Assembly: GCF_003231495.1 (NCBI RefSeq)
Contig: NZ_PQWO01000017.1
Span: forward strand, 65,794 to 97,793
From: Acaryochloris thomasi RCC1774
Lineage (GTDB): Bacteria > Cyanobacteriota > Cyanobacteriia > Thermosynechococcales > Thermosynechococcaceae
DNA: 32,000 bases
Direction: 5' to 3'
Under the pieces are notes generated by a model, which worked only from the letters and a program-made list of their open reading frames with translations, searched no databases and was not told the DNA's origin. This document shows, piece after piece, positions 1-9,967 of this stretch (its first letter is position 1; every line of letters begins with the position of its first letter). The position numbers and the translations under genes were made by a program.

Positions 1-898
1 GTAGTCGGAATGAGGAGCTGTAGCTGCCCATCAAATCAATCTCACGTCGATAGAGCAAATTGGGATTGATGGGGATTTCAATCTGATCGGGGAATTCAGC
101 AAAGAATAGAATTTTGCCCCCTTTACGGGTACAGTCGAGGGCCTGAAAGAAAGCTTTATCACTCGGAACGGCGAGAATGGTGACATCGACGCCTAAGCCT
201 CGCGTGAGGTCTTGGATTTTCTGCGGAAGATCTGAGTCTCGGGCGTCAAAGGCAGCTGTTGCGCCCACTTCTTTGGCTTTTTCGATGCGACTGGGGAGAA
301 GATCTGTTGCGATCGCACGTGCCCCAAAGTGATTCACCAGCATGATAAACATTAGGCCAATGGGACCGGCCCCTGTAATCAGAACCGTTTGACCGGGCTG
401 AATATTAGCTTTCTTAACCGCCTTCAGACAGCAATTGGTCGGCTCTACAAAGCTGGCCTGCTCAAAAGTAATCTCGCTGGGGATTTCCATTAACCCGCCT
501 TGGCGGACAATGTGACCCGGTACTTTCACATATTCAGCAAACCCGCCGCCGCTAGGAGTGAACCCAGCGGTAGTCGTGATGTTTTTGTAAACGTCACACA
601 TCGAGAAATTGTCATTGAGGCAATAGTCACAGTGCATGCAGGGAATATGGTGCAGCACAATTACCCGCTGCCCCACTTTCCAGCGTTCAACATCTGCACC
701 AACGGCAGAGATAACGCCTGCGGTTTCATGACCAAAGATACGAGGTGGTTCGTAGAGGGGATAGAGAATTTTCTTGATATCTGACTGGCAAAGCCCGACA
801 ACTTTAACCTGCACTAAAACCTCATCTGCGGCTAGCTCGGGTTGTGGAACCTCTTCATAGCTGAGCTGGTTGACCCCTCGAAATACCTGCGCTTTCAT
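1..898 (-). CDS. Zn-dependent alcohol dehydrogenase / MDR-family oxidoreductase (3' end runs off the window)
   Basis: Not in the ORF track because it is open at the window edge. My translation from ATG (898-896) reads MKAQVFRGVNQLSYEEVPQPELAADEVLVQVKVVGLCQSDIKKILYPLYEPPRIFGHETAGVISAVG... It has the catalytic-Zn context (C..GHE), a structural-Zn Cys cluster (CMHCDYCLNDNFSMC) and a Rossmann loop (LITGAGPIGL). Confidence 0.85.
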   Translation of the reverse strand, partial: MKAQVFRGVNQLSYEEVPQPELAADEVLVQVKVVGLCQSDIKKILYPLYEPPRIFGHETAGVISAVGADVERWKVGQRVIVLHHIPCMHCDYCLNDNFSMCDVYKNITTTAGFTPSGGGFAEYVKVPGHIVRQGGLMEIPSEITFEQASFVEPTNCCLKAVKKANIQPGQTVLITGAGPIGLMFIMLVNHFGARAIATDLLPSRIEKAKEVGATAAFDARDSDLPQKIQDLTRGLGVDVTILAVPSDKAFFQALDCTRKGGKILFFAEFPDQIEIPINPNLLYRREIDLMGSYSSSFRL

Positions 899-1133
899 AG
901 CTTTTCTCCCTGTGTCCACTAGCATTCAATCAGTTCTGCTCTAGCCTTGGCAAGGGAACATACTGCTCGTTCTAGCCATGGTAAAGGTTTGTAGTAATAT
1001 GAAGTCTGAAATAGTCAGGCGAATTTTCCTCCAGTTGAGTTGCTTCGTCCATAGGCAGGAAATGTAGTTGCCAAAAATAAAAAGCAGCTTGTTCGGTACA
1101 AGATCACAAACCCATCGAAGAGGAACCCAATAC

Positions 1134-1997
1134 ATGAGATTTAAAACTATCTGGCCGCGACTACTTCTGATGACCTGCGTGGTCCTGAGCGGGGGTGTCA
1201 CATCTGAAGCGGCGAATGCTGCAAGTATTGGCTATATCACCGGGACTAGCGAAGCAGGGGGCGGCGCAGGCAATCCGTGGGACAACGCTCAAAATGACCA
1301 AGCCCTAAACGTCGCTTTTGGTGAGGGGAACTGGGACAAGCTTTCTTTTGGGAATGCAGTTCAAGACGGAATATTTACCCCTAGCACTTATCAGGTTCTG
1401 TATGTAGACGGCGGGGATTCTCTTGGAGGCGAATTTAGAGGCTTTTTAGATGAAAACAGGGGTTCTTTAGAATCCTGGGTCGCTGACGGAGGCTCACTAT
1501 TCTTGAATGCAGCTAGAAACACCTCCCCCGCCCCTATTGATCTAGGGTTCGGAGCGACGTTAATAAACGATGCTTTTTCTGATACTGCTGCTGCTGTTGA
1601 TCCCAATCACCCGATCTTCAACGGGCCTGTAGGATTGACAGGTTCCTCTTTCAGTGGTTTCTCTTTCTCCCATGACTATGTGACAGGTACTGATATTGCG
1701 CCGCTAATCAACGATAGCTTGGGGCAAGCGGTCTTAGCTGAACAACGCTTCGATTCAGGTTTAGTTCTGTTCGGTGGTCTAACGACTACGAATTTTCAAA
1801 ATCCTAAGCCCGAAGTGATTGCTTTACGAGCCAATATTCTCGACTATGCGGCTATCGAAGCGGGCCTCAATCCGACCCCCGGACCTCTCCCAGAGGTACC
1901 TGAAGATCCTCGGATGAGTCTATTACCAATTCTGCTGATTTCTGGTGCTCTTTTAGGGCGTTCTTATGCAAGGAGCAAGAATAGGGCCGTAGCCTAG
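1134..1997 (+). CDS. Secreted protein with a C-terminal PEP-CTERM-like sorting signal
   Basis: The ORF track starts at TTG 1068. ATG 1134 gives a classic signal peptide (MRFKTIWPRLLLMTCVVLSGGVTSEAANA). The C-terminus is VPEDP + hydrophobic helix (MSLLPILLISGALLG) + basic tail (RSYARSKNR). Confidence 0.6.
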   Translation: MRFKTIWPRLLLMTCVVLSGGVTSEAANAASIGYITGTSEAGGGAGNPWDNAQNDQALNVAFGEGNWDKLSFGNAVQDGIFTPSTYQVLYVDGGDSLGGEFRGFLDENRGSLESWVADGGSLFLNAARNTSPAPIDLGFGATLINDAFSDTAAAVDPNHPIFNGPVGLTGSSFSGFSFSHDYVTGTDIAPLINDSLGQAVLAEQRFDSGLVLFGGLTTTNFQNPKPEVIALRANILDYAAIEAGLNPTPGPLPEVPEDPRMSLLPILLISGALLGRSYARSKNRAVA

Positions 1998-2073
1998 CTT
2001 GTCGCAGCCATCTTTCGATGAGTGAACGCTACAGTAGTGATTTACTTGCATACGAGTTGGACGATCTGTAACT

Positions 2074-2787
2074 GTGACGCAAAGGTCCGCAAAGACGATA
2101 GTTTACTGGCCAGACAACTGCGCAAAAGCAGTTGTCGTTCTCATACACGGTCTCATTCGTTCGGCAAGATCGCTCAAGCAACTGAGAAAACGCTTGCTCA
2201 AACAGGGCTTTGCCGTCATTGGTCTCAACTATCCCTCTCGGTCAGCGAATATTGTCCAACTCGCTGAAGACGGAATACCCAAAGCTCTGCAGGCGGCGGC
2301 TGAGATTGGTGAACACCTACCCGTTCATTTCGTAACGCACTCTATGGGCGCTATCTTGCTGCGCGCTTATCTAAAAGAACATCCTGAATTCAGTTTTGGT
2401 CGTGCGGTTATGTTGGGGCCTCCGAATAAAGGTAGCGAAGTCGTCGATAAACTCAAAGGGGTTCCGGGATTTCGTCTCATCAACGGACCGGCAGGTTTTG
2501 AACTGAGTACCGGCCAAGATAGCACGCCTAAAAATCTGGGTCCTGTAACGGGTTGTGTTGGCGTTATTGCCGGAGTTAAGCCCATCAACCCACTGCTCTC
2601 ACGACTATTGCCCAAGCCCAACGATGGCAAGGTCTCGCTGGCTAGCACCAAAGTTGAAGGGATGACGGATTTTCTCGTCGTTAATGCTTCCCATACCTTG
2701 ATGGTGGATAAAAGAGAGGTCATTGATCAAACCCTCACCTTTCTTCAGCAAGGACAGTTTGACCACAGTGCTCAACGCACTTCGTAA
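2074..2787 (+). CDS. Alpha/beta-hydrolase-fold esterase/lipase-like protein
   Basis: 237-aa ORF with a GTG start. It has an oxyanion-region HG (VVLIHGL) and a nucleophile elbow GxSxG variant (THSMGA). Confidence 0.7.
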   Translation: MTQRSAKTIVYWPDNCAKAVVVLIHGLIRSARSLKQLRKRLLKQGFAVIGLNYPSRSANIVQLAEDGIPKALQAAAEIGEHLPVHFVTHSMGAILLRAYLKEHPEFSFGRAVMLGPPNKGSEVVDKLKGVPGFRLINGPAGFELSTGQDSTPKNLGPVTGCVGVIAGVKPINPLLSRLLPKPNDGKVSLASTKVEGMTDFLVVNASHTLMVDKREVIDQTLTFLQQGQFDHSAQRTS

Positions 2788-2813
2788 TGCAGCGCTAGAA
2801 ATGCTTTAAGGCT

Positions 2814-3356
2814 ATGGATAAAGTCGTGATCGTTGAATATAATCTCCAGTGGCCTGTATTGTTTACGCAGGAAGCTGCAACCATCTCCAATGCTTTAGAT
2901 GACACGTTAGTGAAGCGCATTGAACATTTTGGGAGTACTGCAGTTCCTGGATTAGCAGCAAAACCAATTGTTGATTTGCTCGTCGAGGTACGTTCCCTAA
3001 CCGAGGCTCAGGAATCAGTAATACAGCCACTTGCCGCCTTGGGCTATGCCTATTGGTCAGATAACCCTGATCCAGAGCGAATGTTTTTTGTGAAAGGTTT
3101 ACCGCCGAATGGTCCTCGGACCCACCACATACATATGGTGGAAGCGGATAGTGTGCTTTGGGAGCGCCTGACTTTTCGAGACTATCTCCGCAGTCATCCG
3201 GCAGAAGCGGAGCAATACTTGCAGTTGAAAAGTCAGTTGGCAGCTCAGTTTTCAACAGATCGTGAAGCCTATACTGCCGGTAAGACGGCTTTTATTCAAT
3301 CCATGACGCAGATCGCTAAGCAATGGAAAGCTAGCTCGATGACGGTAGACGCTTAG
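2814..3356 (+). CDS. GrpB-family (UPF0157) nucleotidyltransferase-fold protein
   Basis: 180 aa. Family-typical strings are IEHFGSTAVPGLAAKPIVDLLV, THHIHMV and FRDYLRSHPAEAEQYLQLK. Confidence 0.75.
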   Translation: MDKVVIVEYNLQWPVLFTQEAATISNALDDTLVKRIEHFGSTAVPGLAAKPIVDLLVEVRSLTEAQESVIQPLAALGYAYWSDNPDPERMFFVKGLPPNGPRTHHIHMVEADSVLWERLTFRDYLRSHPAEAEQYLQLKSQLAAQFSTDREAYTAGKTAFIQSMTQIAKQWKASSMTVDA

Positions 3357-3816
3357 TGTAGATGCGATCGCATCTCACTGTCTCCACGCCAGTCTCCGCT
3401 TTGTAACCACTGGTCTCATACAACTGCACCGCTTCCACCAACACGGAAGCGGTCTCCACCCAAATTTGCCGAAAGCCTTGTTCTGAAATTCTAGATTCTA
3501 GCGATCGCAACAAAAATCGCCCCAGTCCGCCCCCCCTCACCTGGGGCTGCAGATACATTTTACGAATCTCCACCGCCTGCTCTCCTCGCGGAACGGGGTA
3601 GTAGGCCGCTGTGCCGACCACGGCACCCTGATGCTCCACAACCCAAAATTCACCTAGCCGATAGTGCTTTTCGACTTCAACGACGTCTATATCCGCACCA
3701 TCGGGTTCCCAGCCCAGCCCATATTCAGTCAAGACAGTGCGGATGACCTCAGAAGCAGGGATGCGATCTGTCGTCTGCCAATCTCGAATTACAAAGTCCT
3801 TGAAAGTCTGCAGCAT
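3331..3816 (-). CDS. GNAT-family N-acetyltransferase
   Basis: The acetyl-CoA-binding motif A region is present (IRKMYLQPQVRGGGLGRFLL). ATG at 3816-3814 overlaps the miaE stop as TGATG. The track's TTG start is 3819. Confidence 0.75.
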   Translation of the reverse strand: MLQTFKDFVIRDWQTTDRIPASEVIRTVLTEYGLGWEPDGADIDVVEVEKHYRLGEFWVVEHQGAVVGTAAYYPVPRGEQAVEIRKMYLQPQVRGGGLGRFLLRSLESRISEQGFRQIWVETASVLVEAVQLYETSGYKAETGVETVRCDRIYTKRLPSSS

Positions 3817-4418
3817 CAACTATGGACGCGGGGATGCGGGTGCAGCTCAGAGAGCAAATTACTTTCAAACTCAGCCAGTTCTGCTAAGCGCTGATTCACC
3901 ACATCCGTTTCAAAATAGGTCGTGGCTAAAACCCAGTATGCACCGTAGTGACGGGCCTCTGAGGCCATCAGCCCCCGATAAAATGCGGCCAGCTCCGAAT
4001 CTTCAATGTGGTCTGCCAGTAGCCCCAAGCGTTCGTGGCTTCGGGCTTCAATCAAGCCTGAGACCAGCAGCATATCTAACAAGCGCTCGGGTTCTTGACG
4101 GCGGACTTGGGAGCTGAGCTGAGAGCCATAGGGTGGTGCGCCCAGGGGGCTAAAGGGAATCTCTCGCTTATCAAGCCACTGGTTGACCTGCTCAAAATGA
4201 GCCAGCTCTTCTTGGGCTATGGCTGTTAAGGTCCGCACCAGCTTGTTGTAAGAGGGATAGCGGAACATCATGTTCAGCGCGACTCCGGCTGCTTTGCGTT
4301 CGCAGTGAGAGTGATCGAGGAGGATGGTGTCTAGATTTGCGATCGCAAGCTCAACCCAAGCCTTAGAGGTAGGCTGCTTGAGAAACTTAATTGTGGGCGT
4401 TGGAGAGGTGGCAACCAT
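3816..4418 (-). CDS. miaE: tRNA-(ms2io6A37)-hydroxylase MiaE (non-heme di-iron)
   Basis: The protein is collinear with Salmonella MiaE as I remember it: LLDHSHCERKAAG, QEELAHFEQV, IEARSHERL, ASEARHY (ExxH di-iron ligands). ATG 4418 is preferred over the TTG at 4433. Confidence 0.85.
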   Translation of the reverse strand: MVATSPTPTIKFLKQPTSKAWVELAIANLDTILLDHSHCERKAAGVALNMMFRYPSYNKLVRTLTAIAQEELAHFEQVNQWLDKREIPFSPLGAPPYGSQLSSQVRRQEPERLLDMLLVSGLIEARSHERLGLLADHIEDSELAAFYRGLMASEARHYGAYWVLATTYFETDVVNQRLAELAEFESNLLSELHPHPRVHS

Positions 4419-4666
4419 AAAACAAAAAAGCAAAGTCTGTCTTTATGGTGCGGTGGTCATGGAATTTTGTCGAGGTGCAGTGCTAAAGGGAAACCCCTAA
4501 CAAATTGCTAGGGGCAGTATGGCTTATCAACTAACTCAGGATGCCCATTGTCAAAGGGCTGTAACCCTTACAAGCTGGGATTTCAGTATAATTGCTCGAT
4601 TTTTCTACCGTGGAGATTTGCGATCGCAAATCTCTCATCTATTGCCAATCGTAGAAACACGGAGGT

Positions 4667-5146
4667 CTATCGCTGAAACCAAGCCGTCAGGGCCAGGGCC
4701 AGCGCATCGGCAGCATCATCAGGCCGCGGAATCTTGTCTAGCTTCAGTTCCCGAGCCACGGCTGCCTGAACATCATGCTTATCAGCATTCCCGTGGCCGG
4801 TGAGCGCCTGCTTCACCTGAGCGGGTGTGAACTCAACATAGGGCACCTGGCACTGCGCCAGCACCAGCAACACAACGCCCCGCGCCTGGGCGACCAAAAT
4901 GGTGTTCGCCATCTTATAGAAAAACAGCTTTTCGATAGCGACTAAATCAGGCTGGGCTTCTTTCAGAACGCAATGCAGATCGTCATAGATGGTCTGTAGA
5001 CGCAGACTGACTTCCACGCCAGCTTTGGTCTGAATAATACCAAAATCCAAAAGGGTAAAATCTGTCCCTGACTCAGGCAAACTCAGGCTACCAAACCCGA
5101 GTGAGGCCAGTCCTGGATCGAGTCCTAGAATCCTCTGATTCACCAC
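4667..5146 (-). CDS. ruvC: Holliday-junction resolvase RuvC
   Basis: [16 protein letters not shown]-terminal catalytic Asp motif. The C-terminal [10 protein letters not shown] motif is typical of RuvC. GTG start. Confidence 0.9.
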   Translation of the reverse strand: MVNQRILGLDPGLASLGFGSLSLPESGTDFTLLDFGIIQTKAGVEVSLRLQTIYDDLHCVLKEAQPDLVAIEKLFFYKMANTILVAQARGVVLLVLAQCQVPYVEFTPAQVKQALTGHGNADKHDVQAAVARELKLDKIPRPDDAADALALALTAWFQR

Positions 5147-5378
5147 GGTAGCAAGACTAAGATCAAAGAGAAGCTGATGTTCATTAACTTGGTAATCGGT
5201 AATCCCTACCTTGGTTTGCTGGCTCGCCTCCTGGCGCTTGCCTGAGGTTCTTTATAATGGACTTAGGACTAGCTCTTAACTGAGAGTCCGAGCTACGCTG
5301 TATATTACTTCAAAGTCCACAGACGCTGGAAGAACTGCCTTGGTTAGCCTGTTTAATCTTTCCACATCGCTGCCTAGC

Positions 5379-5930
5379 ATGGGTGTATTTGGACCTTTGT
5401 TAGCGCTTGATGGCCTACTTTCGACCCAGGGCGTGATGGTCATGCTGCTGGTGGCCTATGCCGGTGCGATGTGGATGTTTTTATCCAGCGCTCCGAAGGT
5501 GCATACGCTAATGGTGTCGGACTTGGAGGTTGCGCGCCAGTTTTTTGAAAATGAGCTGCAGTTGCGAACAGCAGATGTACCGCTGCACTATTACTACAAC
5601 TACGAGCAAACGCTAGGACTATCGGCTGTAGATCCCATTTATATGTCGGCGGTGGATCTGGGTACCCCTGCGAGCAAAAGCTTTAGCGGCAATGAAGGGC
5701 TGTGGTTTCAGCTTAAGAAAAATGTCCAGCTCCACGTGATTACGGGGGCAAGTATTGGCGAGAAAGATCGGCAGCGCCACGTTTGCTTTGATCACGATTG
5801 CTTAGAGAAAATTTTGGTGCGAGTGCAGACTCGCTACGTGAAATATAAGCTCCGCAGCGAAATGCCGCTCAATTTCCTGGTCAAAACTCTGGACGGCAGC
5901 GTCATTGAATTTTCTGAGGTCTCTGCATAG
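5379..5930 (+). CDS. Hypothetical membrane-anchored protein with a possible VOC/glyoxalase-like domain
   Basis: The ORF track gives 5340..5930 with a TTG start, and the first ATG is at 5379. The N-terminus is hydrophobic (GVMVMLLVAYAGAMWMFL). This is followed by HTLMVSDLEVARQFFENELQL...LHV..., which resembles a VOC beta-alpha-beta-beta-beta module. The domain call is weak. Confidence 0.45.
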   Translation: MGVFGPLLALDGLLSTQGVMVMLLVAYAGAMWMFLSSAPKVHTLMVSDLEVARQFFENELQLRTADVPLHYYYNYEQTLGLSAVDPIYMSAVDLGTPASKSFSGNEGLWFQLKKNVQLHVITGASIGEKDRQRHVCFDHDCLEKILVRVQTRYVKYKLRSEMPLNFLVKTLDGSVIEFSEVSA

Positions 5931-6013
5931 TACAGATCACTTCAAGACTTCAAGTATAGAAGACAGCAAAAAGCCCCCCAACTGGAGGGCCCTTTCAAGT
6001 TTGCGGTGGGCAA

Positions 6014-8020
6014 TTAGCCCAGTACTTCCTTCGCTTTCGCGACAACGTTTTCTACAGTGAAGCCATACTTCTCCATGACCAGACCACCAGGGGCAGAGGC
6101 ACCAAAGCCATCCACGCCAATGGAAGCTCCTTCAGAACCAACATAGCGGCTCCAGCCGAAGTCACAGCCAGCCTCTACAGAAAGACGCTTCTTAACGGCT
6201 TTAGGCAGCACAGACTCTTTATAGGCGTCATCCTGTTCGTCATATAGCTCCCAGGAAGGCATCGAGACGACCCGAACCTTCTTACCTTCACCGCGTAGCT
6301 GGTCAGCTGCTTTTGTGCAGAGCTGTACTTCACTGCCGGTTCCGATCAAGATTAAGTCTGGCGTACCGTCGCTGTCGGACAGGACATAGGCTCCCTTGGT
6401 GACCCCTTCGATAGAGGAATTATCGTAATCAGGCAGTCCCTGACGGGAAAGAGCGATTAGAGTGGGGCGCTTACGGTTTGCGATCGCAACCTGATAGGCC
6501 CCAGAAGTCTCCGTTCCTTCAGCAGGACGCATCACAATTAGATTTGGAATCACCCGCAGCGACGCAATGGTTTCCACCGGCTGGTGCGTCGGACCATCTT
6601 CACCCAAACCAATGGAGTCGTGGGTCATGACGTAAATTACGCCCGCCTCAGACAGTGCCGAAAGGCGAATCGCCGCCCGCATATAGTCAGCAAAGACCAA
6701 GAACGTTGCACAATAGGGAATCAAGCCCGAGTTGTGGAGCACAATCCCGTTACAGATCGCTCCCATACCGTGTTCCCGCACACCAAACCGGAGGTTGCGA
6801 TTACCGTAGGTACCCTTCTGGAAATTCCCCTCACCCTTAATTTCAGTCAAATTAGAGTGGGTTAGGTCAGCAGAGCCGCCCAGCATTTCAGGGATGACAC
6901 CCGCCAAAGCATTGATTGTGATCTCGGAGTGCTTCCGCGTTGCCAGGGTCTTATCTGCACTGGTATAGGTCGGTAGTGCCGCTTCCCAGTTTGCGGGCAG
7001 CTCACCCTTTTGCATCCGATCAAAGAGCGCCGCTTCCTCAGGATACTGAGTGCGGTAGGTCGCTAACGTCTCATTCCACTCCGCCTCAGCGCTGGCACCG
7101 CGATCAACCGCCTTACGAAAATGAGAGAGAACGTCATCAGGAATCACAAACGGCTCATGCTCCCAGCCTAAATTCTCACGGGTAAGCTTGATCTCCTCAT
7201 CACCTAAGGCTGCACCGTGAATCCCGGCGGAATCAGACTTATTAGGAGAGCCATATCCAATCGTGGTGGTCACCTTAATCATGGACGGACGATCGGTGAC
7301 GGCCTTTGCGGCCTCAATTGCTTTCTGAATCGCGTCTAAATCAGTATTGCCGTTCTCGACATGCTGCACGTGCCACCCATAGGCTTCGAAACGCTTGCTG
7401 ACATCTTCCGTGAATGAGATATCTGTAGAGCCGTCAATAGAGATGTGATTGTCGTCGTAGAGTGCAATCAGCTTACCAAGACCCAAGTGTCCCGCTAAAG
7501 AGCAGGCTTCACCCGAAACCCCCTCCATGTTGCAGCCATCGCCCAAGATAACGTAGGTGTAGTGATCGACGAGTGTTGCATCAGGCTTGTTCAATCGACC
7601 CGCTAAATGAGCCTCCGCCATCGCTAGACCAACGCCGTTACAGATGCCCTGCCCCAAAGGTCCGGTCGTGACCTCTACTCCGGGTGTCTCAAAATTCTCA
7701 GGGTGCCCCGGTGTTCTTGACCCCCATTGCCGAAAGCTCTTAATGTCGTCGATGGTGACGCTGTCATAGCCTGACAAATGCAGAAGGGCGTACTGCAGCA
7801 TGCAGCCGTGGCCCGCAGAGAGAACGAAGCGATCGCGGTTAAACCACTGTGGATTTTTGGGATTAAACCGCATGATCTTATCCCACAGCACAAAGGCCAT
7901 CGGTGCTGCCCCCATTGGTAACCCCGGGTGACCCGACTTCGCCTTCTCGACCGCATCAATGGCTAAAAAGCGAATGGAATTAATGCACAGTTGATCTAAA
8001 GATTGGGTGGCAACAACCAT
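6014..8020 (-). CDS. tkt: Transketolase
   Basis: 668 aa. It has the ThDP-binding GDGCxxEG motif ([15 protein letters not shown]), the SGHPG N-terminal motif and the [16 protein letters not shown] motif. Confidence 0.97.
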   Translation of the reverse strand: MVVATQSLDQLCINSIRFLAIDAVEKAKSGHPGLPMGAAPMAFVLWDKIMRFNPKNPQWFNRDRFVLSAGHGCMLQYALLHLSGYDSVTIDDIKSFRQWGSRTPGHPENFETPGVEVTTGPLGQGICNGVGLAMAEAHLAGRLNKPDATLVDHYTYVILGDGCNMEGVSGEACSLAGHLGLGKLIALYDDNHISIDGSTDISFTEDVSKRFEAYGWHVQHVENGNTDLDAIQKAIEAAKAVTDRPSMIKVTTTIGYGSPNKSDSAGIHGAALGDEEIKLTRENLGWEHEPFVIPDDVLSHFRKAVDRGASAEAEWNETLATYRTQYPEEAALFDRMQKGELPANWEAALPTYTSADKTLATRKHSEITINALAGVIPEMLGGSADLTHSNLTEIKGEGNFQKGTYGNRNLRFGVREHGMGAICNGIVLHNSGLIPYCATFLVFADYMRAAIRLSALSEAGVIYVMTHDSIGLGEDGPTHQPVETIASLRVIPNLIVMRPAEGTETSGAYQVAIANRKRPTLIALSRQGLPDYDNSSIEGVTKGAYVLSDSDGTPDLILIGTGSEVQLCTKAADQLRGEGKKVRVVSMPSWELYDEQDDAYKESVLPKAVKKRLSVEAGCDFGWSRYVGSEGASIGVDGFGASAPGGLVMEKYGFTVENVVAKAKEVLG

Positions 8021-8184
8021 AATTTTGTAGGTTCTATGTACTGAACAGCAAAGGAAAGAAGGGAGAAATCAGCCGATTAATTTTTATTATCACCTTAATA
8101 AACCCAGCCTATCAAAGCATCGAGGGTTTAAGGCACTGCTTATTCAAAGCAGGTCAGCAGAGATCGCGCTAGCACCGCCAAGCT

Positions 8185-9438
8185 TCAACCAATGTACTTT
8201 CGGAAGGCTAAGGTGACATTATGACCGCCAAATCCAAAGGAATTTGAAAGGGCAACATTAACGGCAAGTGCTCGGCTTTGATTGGGGATGTAATCGAGGT
8301 CACAGCCCTCGTCTGGATTCTCAAGGTTAATAGTAGGCGGCACGTGATCGGTATGAATTGCCATTAGAGTAGCAACGGCTTCAATACCACCAGAACCACC
8401 CAGCAGATGCCCCGTCATCGATTTCGTTGAGCTAATGGCCGCCTTGTAGGCGTTATCGCCTAGGGCTCGCTTGATGGCGGCAGTCTCCGTCGTATCGTTG
8501 GCTGAGGTACTGGTGCCGTGGGCGTTGATATAGGTAATTTCATCTGGCCCGAGGCCGGCATCTTTAAGACATCCTTCAATGGCTCGTGTTGCGCCCTCAC
8601 CACCAGGGGTCGGGGAGGTCATGTGGTAGGCATCGCAGGTATTTCCGTAGCCTATTATCTCACCATAGATCTTGGCGCCTCGACTGAGGGCATGTTCCAG
8701 CTCTTCCAAAATTAAGATCCCCGTTCCTTCACCGAGCACAAAGCCGTCTCGGTCTTTGTCGAAGGGGCGACTCGCTCTTTGGGGTTCGTCATTTCGGGTG
8801 GACAGGGCACGGGCTGAGGCAAAACCCGCCACCGACAGCGGCGTCACGGCAGCTTCAGTCCCACCGCAAATCATAGCTTTGGCATAGCCCATCTGCACGT
8901 AGCGCATCGCATCGCCGATGGCGTTAGAGCCAGCGGCACAGGCTGTCACCGCACAGGAATTAGGACCCTTAGCTCCCGTATGAATTGCCGTTAGGCCAGC
9001 AGCCATGTTAGCAATCATCATCGGAATCATGAACGGGCTACAGCGGCTTGGCCCACGGGTCAGATAAATTTCTTGCTGATCTTCAAGAACCTGCAAGCCC
9101 CCAATGCCGGTGCCAATCATGACGCCAATATCGGTGGCGTTAGTGTCGTCGATTTTGAGCTGCGAATCTTCTAGCGCCTGCTTGCTTGCGGCCACGGCAA
9201 ACTGAGCAAACCGATCCATCCGCTTCGCTTCTTTGCGATCCATATAGGCTTCAGGATCAAATCCCTCCACCTGGGCGGCAATCTGGCAGGCATGTTTACT
9301 AGCATCGAAGGCTGTGATCGGTCCAACACCGCTTCGCCCCGCGAGGAGTGAGTCCCAATACTCCTGGAGCGTATTCCCGATCGGGGTAATTGCACTGAGT
9401 CCAGTGACAACAACGCGTTTTCGATTTAGGTCAGTCAT
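8185..9438 (-). CDS. fabF: 3-oxoacyl-ACP synthase II (KAS II)
   Basis: Active-site Cys context (NSCAVTACAAGSNAIG), the His pair (YINAHGTST ... GHLLGGSG) and C-terminal NSFGFGGHN. ATG 9438 (MTDLNRKRVVVTG) is preferred over the extended track start at 9489. Confidence 0.95.
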   Translation of the reverse strand: MTDLNRKRVVVTGLSAITPIGNTLQEYWDSLLAGRSGVGPITAFDASKHACQIAAQVEGFDPEAYMDRKEAKRMDRFAQFAVAASKQALEDSQLKIDDTNATDIGVMIGTGIGGLQVLEDQQEIYLTRGPSRCSPFMIPMMIANMAAGLTAIHTGAKGPNSCAVTACAAGSNAIGDAMRYVQMGYAKAMICGGTEAAVTPLSVAGFASARALSTRNDEPQRASRPFDKDRDGFVLGEGTGILILEELEHALSRGAKIYGEIIGYGNTCDAYHMTSPTPGGEGATRAIEGCLKDAGLGPDEITYINAHGTSTSANDTTETAAIKRALGDNAYKAAISSTKSMTGHLLGGSGGIEAVATLMAIHTDHVPPTINLENPDEGCDLDYIPNQSRALAVNVALSNSFGFGGHNVTLAFRKYIG

Positions 9439-9478
9439 GATGTCAGGTTGCGGGCAACATCGAAAGTTGGGGAGGGGC

Positions 9479-9500
9479 GCTGCGGCCAAACGGCCGCAGC
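9479..9500 (-). promoter_or_regulatory. Perfect 9-bp-stem / 4-nt-loop hairpin between acpP and fabF
   Basis: GCTGCGGCC-AAAC-GGCCGCAGC (plus-strand reading). It lies between the acpP stop (9508) and the fabF ATG (9438). No U-tract follows on the transcribed strand. Confidence 0.5.
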
Positions 9501-9507
9501 AATGAGC

Positions 9508-9750
9508 TTAGGCAGCTTTCTTGTCAATATATTCCACTGCTTTTTGAACGGTGGTGATCGCTTCGGCGTCTTCGTCTGGAATCTCAATATCAAACTCTTC
9601 TTCTAAAGCCATGACCATCTCAACTACGTCCAGAGAGTCAGCATTGAGATCGTTTTGGAAGCTGGCATCGGGGACAACTTGCGCTGCGTCAACACTGAGT
9701 TGCTCGGCAACAATAGACTTGACTTTCTCAAACGTACCTGAATCGCTCAT
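9508..9750 (-). CDS. acpP: Acyl carrier protein
   Basis: Phosphopantetheine-attachment motif [11 protein letters not shown]. The size is about 80 aa from ATG 9750 ([11 protein letters not shown]...). Confidence 0.95.
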   Translation of the reverse strand: MSDSGTFEKVKSIVAEQLSVDAAQVVPDASFQNDLNADSLDVVEMVMALEEEFDIEIPDEDAEAITTVQKAVEYIDKKAA

Positions 9751-9967
9751 AGGTTCTCTTTCTCTAGAAATACTCACAGGATAAATGGTTTGATCCCCAA
9801 GCTAGGGTCAACGATCACATGCTTTTCTAGGAACTGGACAATCTTATTGCTACCTGATCCCAATATCCATGAGCGTTGAACCACAGTAACGCCTGTTAGG
9901 ATTCAAGCCATTCTTTACAGTGTAATCTGAAATGGTCCCTGTGAAATCTCTATCACCTGAAGTCCCT

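Noticed and set aside
500-784. 94-aa plus-strand ORF
   Set aside because: It lies entirely antisense to the well-supported Zn-ADH gene (1-898, minus strand). It has no recognisable motifs and is a typical shadow ORF.
4611-4632. 22-bp perfect palindrome GAGATTTGCGATCGCAAATCTC downstream of ruvC, considered as a terminator. Other extended HIP1 palindromes exist, e.g. 3360-3375.
   Set aside because: It is built around the HIP1 octamer, which is dispersed 16 times in the window, including inside genes. No U-tract follows on either strand. It is best explained as a genome-wide HIP1 signature, not a specific terminator or CRISPR-like repeat.
4519-4803. 94-aa plus-strand ORF overlapping the ruvC 3' end
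   Set aside because: It overlaps ruvC antisense, has low-complexity Arg/His/Pro-rich content, and spans an intergenic HIP1 palindrome.
6584-7959. Several 60-95-aa ORFs on both strands inside tkt. Similar ones lie inside fabF, prs, ftsZ, ftsQ, the CrtD-like gene, bicA and the antiporter gene.
   Set aside because: All are nested in or antisense to long, motif-verified genes. Their Arg/Pro/Ser-rich composition is typical of off-frame reading of GC-rich coding DNA.
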